Source: an uncultured Gammaproteobacteria bacterium (GTDB taxonomy: Bacteria; Patescibacteriota; Patescibacteriia; Patescibacteriales; UBA12465). From it: a stretch of DNA of 47,731 nt. The notes under the pieces are model-generated. The model worked only from the letters and a program-made list of their open reading frames with translations, was not told the origin of the DNA and did not search any database. Shown here piece after piece: positions 44,031 through 47,731 of the stretch. The translations under genes were made by a program, and so were the position numbers. Location: contig CAYURA010000001.1 of NCBI GenBank assembly GCA_964446775.1, positions 1-47,731 of the forward strand. Reading direction: 5' to 3'. Every line of letters starts with the position of its first letter. Position 1 is the first letter of the stretch.

Positions 44031-45020
44031 TTGAAATTTAAATCAATATCGGTTATAATAGAAACATCAATAAAATTAGCTAAAATTATCAATCATATGC
44101 AAAATATAGAATTAGATACTCTAAATATCAGTGTCCTGAAAGCTTTAGATTTTTTGCGTCAAACTAAGTTAGTAAAACTTAAAATAAAAAAATATGGTTT
44201 CCCTATTGTTATTGGCAGTGGCAACGCCTATAACGCTGGTCAAGTCATTTTTGCTACTCAAAAAGCAATTTTTGCTAACGAAAGCAATGCTCTAGAAATT
44301 TTAAAACGTTATCATGAATTAATTAAAAATAGGAACATTAGTCACGCTGTTATTATCTCTGCCTCTGGTGAAAAAGATTCAGTCTGGGAAATTAAAGCAG
44401 CTGAAAAAGCTGGTCTTAAAACAGTGCTATTAAGCTGCTCACCAAAATCTTCAGCTGCTAAAATAGCAGATGAAACTATTATTTTTCCTAAATTAAGCGA
44501 ACCCTACACTTATAATGTATCCACCTATCTGAGTATGATTGCCGCTGCTTCTCAAGAAAACCTAACTTTAATTGAGCAATATATTCTTAAACTAAAAATC
44601 CCTAAAAAATTTCAATCATATGAATCTTATTCCTTTATCTTACCCGATAAGTATGCGGCAATAGGACCAATGATCGAAATTAAAAAAAGTGAACTCTTCG
44701 GACCTAATCTTTCCCTACGGGCCTTTACCTATGGAGACGCTCGCCACGCTAAATTTGTTGTCAGAGAAAAAAGTGAATTAGTAATTAGTCTCGGGGAAAA
44801 TAAATACTTTGGAGAACCCACTAGTCGCTGGGAGATTAAAGAAAAAAAGCTACTCGGCCCAGCTTTTGTTATGGCTTTAAGTTATTTTCTAATCGGCTTA
44901 ATCCAAGCATCAAAGACAGACTACTTCGCTAAAAACATTAGGGACTTTTGTACTGATTACGGCTATAAAGCCTATCCTGGAGCTAAGCCTTTTTCTGTAA
45001 TAGTTCCAGGAAACGAATAA
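44031..45020 (+). CDS. Hypothetical protein, possibly a SIS-fold sugar-phosphate binding/isomerase domain
   Basis: IVIGSGNAYNAG and VIISASGEKDSVWEIKAAEKAGLKTVLLS...ADETIIFP resemble the SIS pattern (G-x-G ... S-x-S-G ... short helix ... second strand). The track start is TTG; the ATG at 44097 (MQNIELD) is likelier. Confidence 0.45.
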   Translation: MKFKSISVIIETSIKLAKIINHMQNIELDTLNISVLKALDFLRQTKLVKLKIKKYGFPIVIGSGNAYNAGQVIFATQKAIFANESNALEILKRYHELIKNRNISHAVIISASGEKDSVWEIKAAEKAGLKTVLLSCSPKSSAAKIADETIIFPKLSEPYTYNVSTYLSMIAAASQENLTLIEQYILKLKIPKKFQSYESYSFILPDKYAAIGPMIEIKKSELFGPNLSLRAFTYGDARHAKFVVREKSELVISLGENKYFGEPTSRWEIKEKKLLGPAFVMALSYFLIGLIQASKTDYFAKNIRDFCTDYGYKAYPGAKPFSVIVPGNE

Positions 45021-45079
45021 TCAACAAATAAAAAATATTAGACAATAAAATTCTAATCTTTTTATTCAAAGTTCTTTAC

Positions 45080-45817
45080 CTATTTACGTAGCCCTTGTGT
45101 AACTACTCTGTTAATTGATGTTCTAAGCTCTTTAGTGCTGGCAAGATAATATTTTTTTTTCACCTTTAAATTATTATCAAGCTCATAAACCAATGGTATG
45201 CCTGTGGGTATGTTTAGAGATATTATTTCAGTTTCTGAAATATTTTCTAAATACTTTACCAAAGCCCTCAAACTATTACCAGAAGCAATGATTAAAACAC
45301 TTTTTTTGGCTAATATTTTTTTTCTAACTTCCTGCTTCCACCAAGGGACAACTCGCTCAACTACATCTTTTAAACTCTCTGTCTTTGGTACTTTAATATC
45401 TTTATACCGCCTATCTTTAACTTGATTGTATTTATTGCTTGCGCTAATAACTGGTGGCCGGACATTATAACTACGCCTCCATAATAGAACTTTTTTTTCA
45501 CCGAATTTATTGACCATTTCTTTTTTATTTAGTCCCTGTAAATTGCCATAATGCTTTTCATTAAGACGCCAATCCTTAATTACAGGTAACCAGAGAGCGT
45601 CTAATTCTTCTAACACTAGGTTTGTCGTTCTAGTCACTCTCTTTAAAAGGGAACAGTACACTAAATCGAAATTAAATCCTGCCCGTTTTAACTTTTTTCC
45701 TGCTAACCTAGCTTCCCTTTCTCCTTGATCACTTAAATCAACATCGGTCCAGCCAGTGAAAAGACCCTTTTTATTCCACTCGCTCTCCCCGTGTCGTAAA
45801 ATAACTAATTTAAACAT
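45080..45817 (-). CDS. gpmA: 2,3-bisphosphoglycerate-dependent phosphoglycerate mutase homologue with a His-to-Ser change in the HGNSLRAL motif
   Basis: LVILRHGESEWN, SLLKRVTRT, RLNEKHYGNLQGLNK and NIPTGIPLVYELD are collinear with GpmA. The position normally His reads IASGNSLRAL (Ser179, codon TCT at 45281..45283). Confidence 0.88.
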   Translation of the reverse strand: MFKLVILRHGESEWNKKGLFTGWTDVDLSDQGEREARLAGKKLKRAGFNFDLVYCSLLKRVTRTTNLVLEELDALWLPVIKDWRLNEKHYGNLQGLNKKEMVNKFGEKKVLLWRRSYNVRPPVISASNKYNQVKDRRYKDIKVPKTESLKDVVERVVPWWKQEVRKKILAKKSVLIIASGNSLRALVKYLENISETEIISLNIPTGIPLVYELDNNLKVKKKYYLASTKELRTSINRVVTQGLRK

Positions 45818-46005
45818 ATGATAGTATTGCTAATAATTAATAATTTACTATTATTATAACAGAAACTTATCTACTTAACCAAATTGACCAGATCACTTAC
45901 TAATGATAGGATAAACCCAGTTTAATTCATAAAAATATTTCCCCAAAAAAACACCGACAACTTAAACAAATTCTCATTGAGAGCTCATTAATAGGTCTTA
46001 AGGGT

Positions 46006-47349
46006 TTGATGAACTTATTAAAATTAGTGACTAAATTATTTTCATTTATTTTTAAAGCTTTATTTGTTATATTAAAATTGTTTCTCTATCGCCCCTTTAT
46101 TAAATTATACTATTTATTTTTTAGAATAAAAAAATATAATTTAGGGGAACAAGGCAAACTTGAGCTTTTTCGTAAAAAATCTGTTCACTTTATTGCTCTA
46201 TTTTTTGTCATTATAGCCCTTATATTCAATGCTTCAAGTCATAAAACAGCTAAAGCTGCTTTAGGTAAACAGAAAGTGAGCGTTATGGAAGAAATAGTAA
46301 GAGATGAGTTTGATGATTCTGGCCAAAATACCTCTGAGCTGGTAGAAACATTAGCCCAACATGATAAATGGCAGATACATACTAATAATAAGTACCTAAC
46401 AGAAAAAAATTACTTAGAAGGCACTAGTGGTTTAGGCGTAGAAGAAGAACCCATCATTGACCCTGATCTTATTAAATATCAAAATAATTTAATCTTAAAA
46501 CCGCAACAAATAATTACTAGCGATGAAAATGATTTTAATAATGACAGGAAAGATGAACCTGAACAAAGAGAAGGAATAATTAAATATTTAGTAGAAAGCG
46601 GTGATACTATTAGTACAATTGCCAGAAATTTTAAGCTTAACGTTAATACAATCTTATGGGCTAATGATCTAACATCTTTTAGTATTATTAGACCAGGCGA
46701 TGAACTCAACATCTTGCCGATTAATGGTTTCTTATATAAAGTAAAGAGTGGGGATAATCTGGGTAAATTAGCTCAGAATTATGATACTTCAATTGAGAAA
46801 ATACTAGATAGTAATAAGCTTAGTCCTGACTCATCAATACAAATTGGACAAGAGTTAATTATTCCAGGAATACGTAAAATTAGCACTCCAGCAAAAAAGA
46901 CTATTGCTAATAAACCAATTAACCCTACAAGTGGCCTTAATATAATAAAAGACATTGTTAGCACTGATAGTCCAATTGTTAGCAGTAATAAAATGCTTTG
47001 GCCAACAACTGGGACTCGTATTACTCAATATTTTTCTTGGTCTCATAATGGCTTAGATATTGCTGATAAAGTGGGCACAGCTATTTATGCTTCAGACAGC
47101 GGTGTTGTCGAAATCTCTCAAGGAGGTTATAATGGAGGTTATGGTAACACCATTTTGATTAATCATGGTGGTGGCAAAAAAACTAGATATGGCCATATGT
47201 CTAAATTACTTGTTTCTAAAGGAGAATCTGTTGAAAAGGGCGAATTAATTGGCTTAATGGGTTCCACTGGTAGATCAACTGGGCCTCATGTACACTTTGA
47301 AGTTATTATTAATGGCACAAGATATAATCCTTTAAATTATATTAGATAA
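46006..47349 (+). CDS. Membrane-anchored LysM-LysM-M23 peptidoglycan endopeptidase
   Basis: N-terminal TM segments. Two LysM repeats (YLVESGDTISTIARNF...; YKVKSGDNLGKLAQNY...). M23 motifs HNGLDIA and GSTGRSTGPHVHFEV. The ATG at 46009 follows the TTG track start. Confidence 0.9.
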   Translation: MMNLLKLVTKLFSFIFKALFVILKLFLYRPFIKLYYLFFRIKKYNLGEQGKLELFRKKSVHFIALFFVIIALIFNASSHKTAKAALGKQKVSVMEEIVRDEFDDSGQNTSELVETLAQHDKWQIHTNNKYLTEKNYLEGTSGLGVEEEPIIDPDLIKYQNNLILKPQQIITSDENDFNNDRKDEPEQREGIIKYLVESGDTISTIARNFKLNVNTILWANDLTSFSIIRPGDELNILPINGFLYKVKSGDNLGKLAQNYDTSIEKILDSNKLSPDSSIQIGQELIIPGIRKISTPAKKTIANKPINPTSGLNIIKDIVSTDSPIVSSNKMLWPTTGTRITQYFSWSHNGLDIADKVGTAIYASDSGVVEISQGGYNGGYGNTILINHGGGKKTRYGHMSKLLVSKGESVEKGELIGLMGSTGRSTGPHVHFEVIINGTRYNPLNYIR

Positions 47350-47367
47350 ATACATAAAATTAATTAT

Positions 47368-47610
47368 ATGATTTTTTTAGGAATAATTATTTTAGCAGCT
47401 GGAGTTATTCTAGTGATAAAGACAGAATGGTTTTTACAAAATTTTGGGCGGATTTCATGGTTTGAAAAAGTTTTAGGAACAGAGGGAGGTTCTAGGTTAG
47501 GCTATAAACTCCTGGGTCTATTAGCTATTACCATTGGCATTATTCTCGCGACTGGTAGTGGAGAGGGTTTTATCACCTGGCTTGTAAGTCCATTAGTATC
47601 AAAGCTTTAA
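47368..47610 (+). CDS. Small two-TM membrane protein (hypothetical)
   Basis: Helices IFLGIIILAAGVILVI and LLGLLAITIGIILATG; 18 nt after the M23 gene stop. Confidence 0.5.
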   Translation: MIFLGIIILAAGVILVIKTEWFLQNFGRISWFEKVLGTEGGSRLGYKLLGLLAITIGIILATGSGEGFITWLVSPLVSKL

Positions 47611-47614
47611 AGTA

Positions 47615-47643
47615 TTGACCAAAAATATAATAAGGGATAAGAT
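47615..47643 (+). promoter_or_regulatory. Candidate promoter for tRNA-Ala
   Basis: TTGACC - 17 nt - TAAGAT. The -10 element ends 10 nt before the mature tRNA 5' end. Confidence 0.4.
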
Positions 47644-47653
47644 AGCCTTGTTT

Positions 47654-47729
47654 GGGCCCTTAGCTCATCTGGTAGAGCACCTGCTTTGCAAGCAGGGGGT
47701 GGCAGGTTCGAGTCCTGTAGGGTCCACCA
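47654..47729 (+). tRNA. tRNA-Ala (anticodon UGC), CCA encoded
   Basis: Hand-folded cloverleaf: acceptor GGGCCCT/AGGGTCC with the G3:U70 Ala identity pair, D arm GCTC/GAGC, anticodon arm CCTGC-TTTGCAA-GCAGG, T arm GCAGG-TTCGAGT-CCTGT, discriminator A, then CCA. Confidence 0.95.
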
Positions 47730-47731
47730 AA

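Noticed and set aside
45021-45079. Possible terminator hairpin (ATTAGA...TCTAAT) between the convergent SIS-like gene and gpmA.
   Set aside because: The stem is only 6 bp, entirely A/T-rich apart from one G:C, with a 9-nt loop. That is too weak to report as a feature.
1-47731. Possibility of an alternative genetic code (UGA recoded, as in Gracilibacteria/SR1).
   Set aside because: TGA terminates porB (18040..18042, overlapping the next ATG) and the 503-aa ORF (25513..25515) at positions consistent with full-length homologues. All conserved proteins are full length under the standard code.
1-47731. CRISPR arrays, transposases, integrases, prophage or plasmid genes.
   Set aside because: No spaced direct-repeat array is visible. 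No DDE/tyrosine/serine recombinase-like ORF was seen. The only repeats found are the intragenic 18-nt TSP3 repeat and the paralogous pilin-hairpin modules.
47654-47731. tRNA-Ala as a possible genomic-island integration site.
   Set aside because: The window ends 2 nt after the CCA. Nothing upstream resembles an integrase or an att duplicate, so no call can be made.

Overview
AT-rich chromosomal segment with about 32 tightly packed protein genes and one tRNA, read with the standard bacterial code (TGA ends two ORFs). All calls come from motifs read by eye in the ORF translations; no database search was run.

Gene content and style suggest a small-genome, probably Patescibacteria/CPR-like bacterium. 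The supporting signs are almost no Shine-Dalgarno sequences, a four-subunit pyruvate:ferredoxin oxidoreductase (PFOR), bacterial TSP3 repeats, VirB2/TrbC-like pilin hairpins and a GH57 glycogen module. This taxonomic placement is inference only.

Housekeeping backbone: xth, leuS, rsmA, rnhA-like, recJ, lepA, murJ, rpoB, rpoC, a MurE-like ligase, ftsK, yebC, ruvC, glgA, GH57, gpmA, a LysM-M23 peptidase and tRNA-Ala(UGC).

Three things stand out:
1. A 2785-aa secreted protein (124..8481) with about 106 cysteines. Cys-dense linkers carry ten copies of a C-x5-G-C loop and alternate with Cys-free beta-sandwich-like modules; the protein ends in a PKD-like domain. A small membrane protein with TSP3 calcium-binding repeats lies just upstream.
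2. A seven-gene plus-strand unit (13430..19196). A membrane-anchored DsbA-like oxidoreductase is followed by porG-porD-porA, an exported pilin-hairpin/Cys-rich protein, porB, and a paralogous pilin-hairpin protein fused to an M15/VanY-type peptidoglycan peptidase. A central-metabolism operon is therefore interleaved with exported, disulfide-rich envelope proteins. I rate this the most likely undescribed system in the window.
3. Smaller oddities:
- gpmA has Ser in place of the conserved His of the HGNSLRAL motif.
- yebC-ruvC is joined to glgA, GH57 and an APH-like kinase in one packed gene string.
- FtsK carries a 130-aa acidic tail.
- An orphan membrane-protein pair sits between rpoC and murJ.

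I saw no CRISPR array, transposase, integrase or rRNA.
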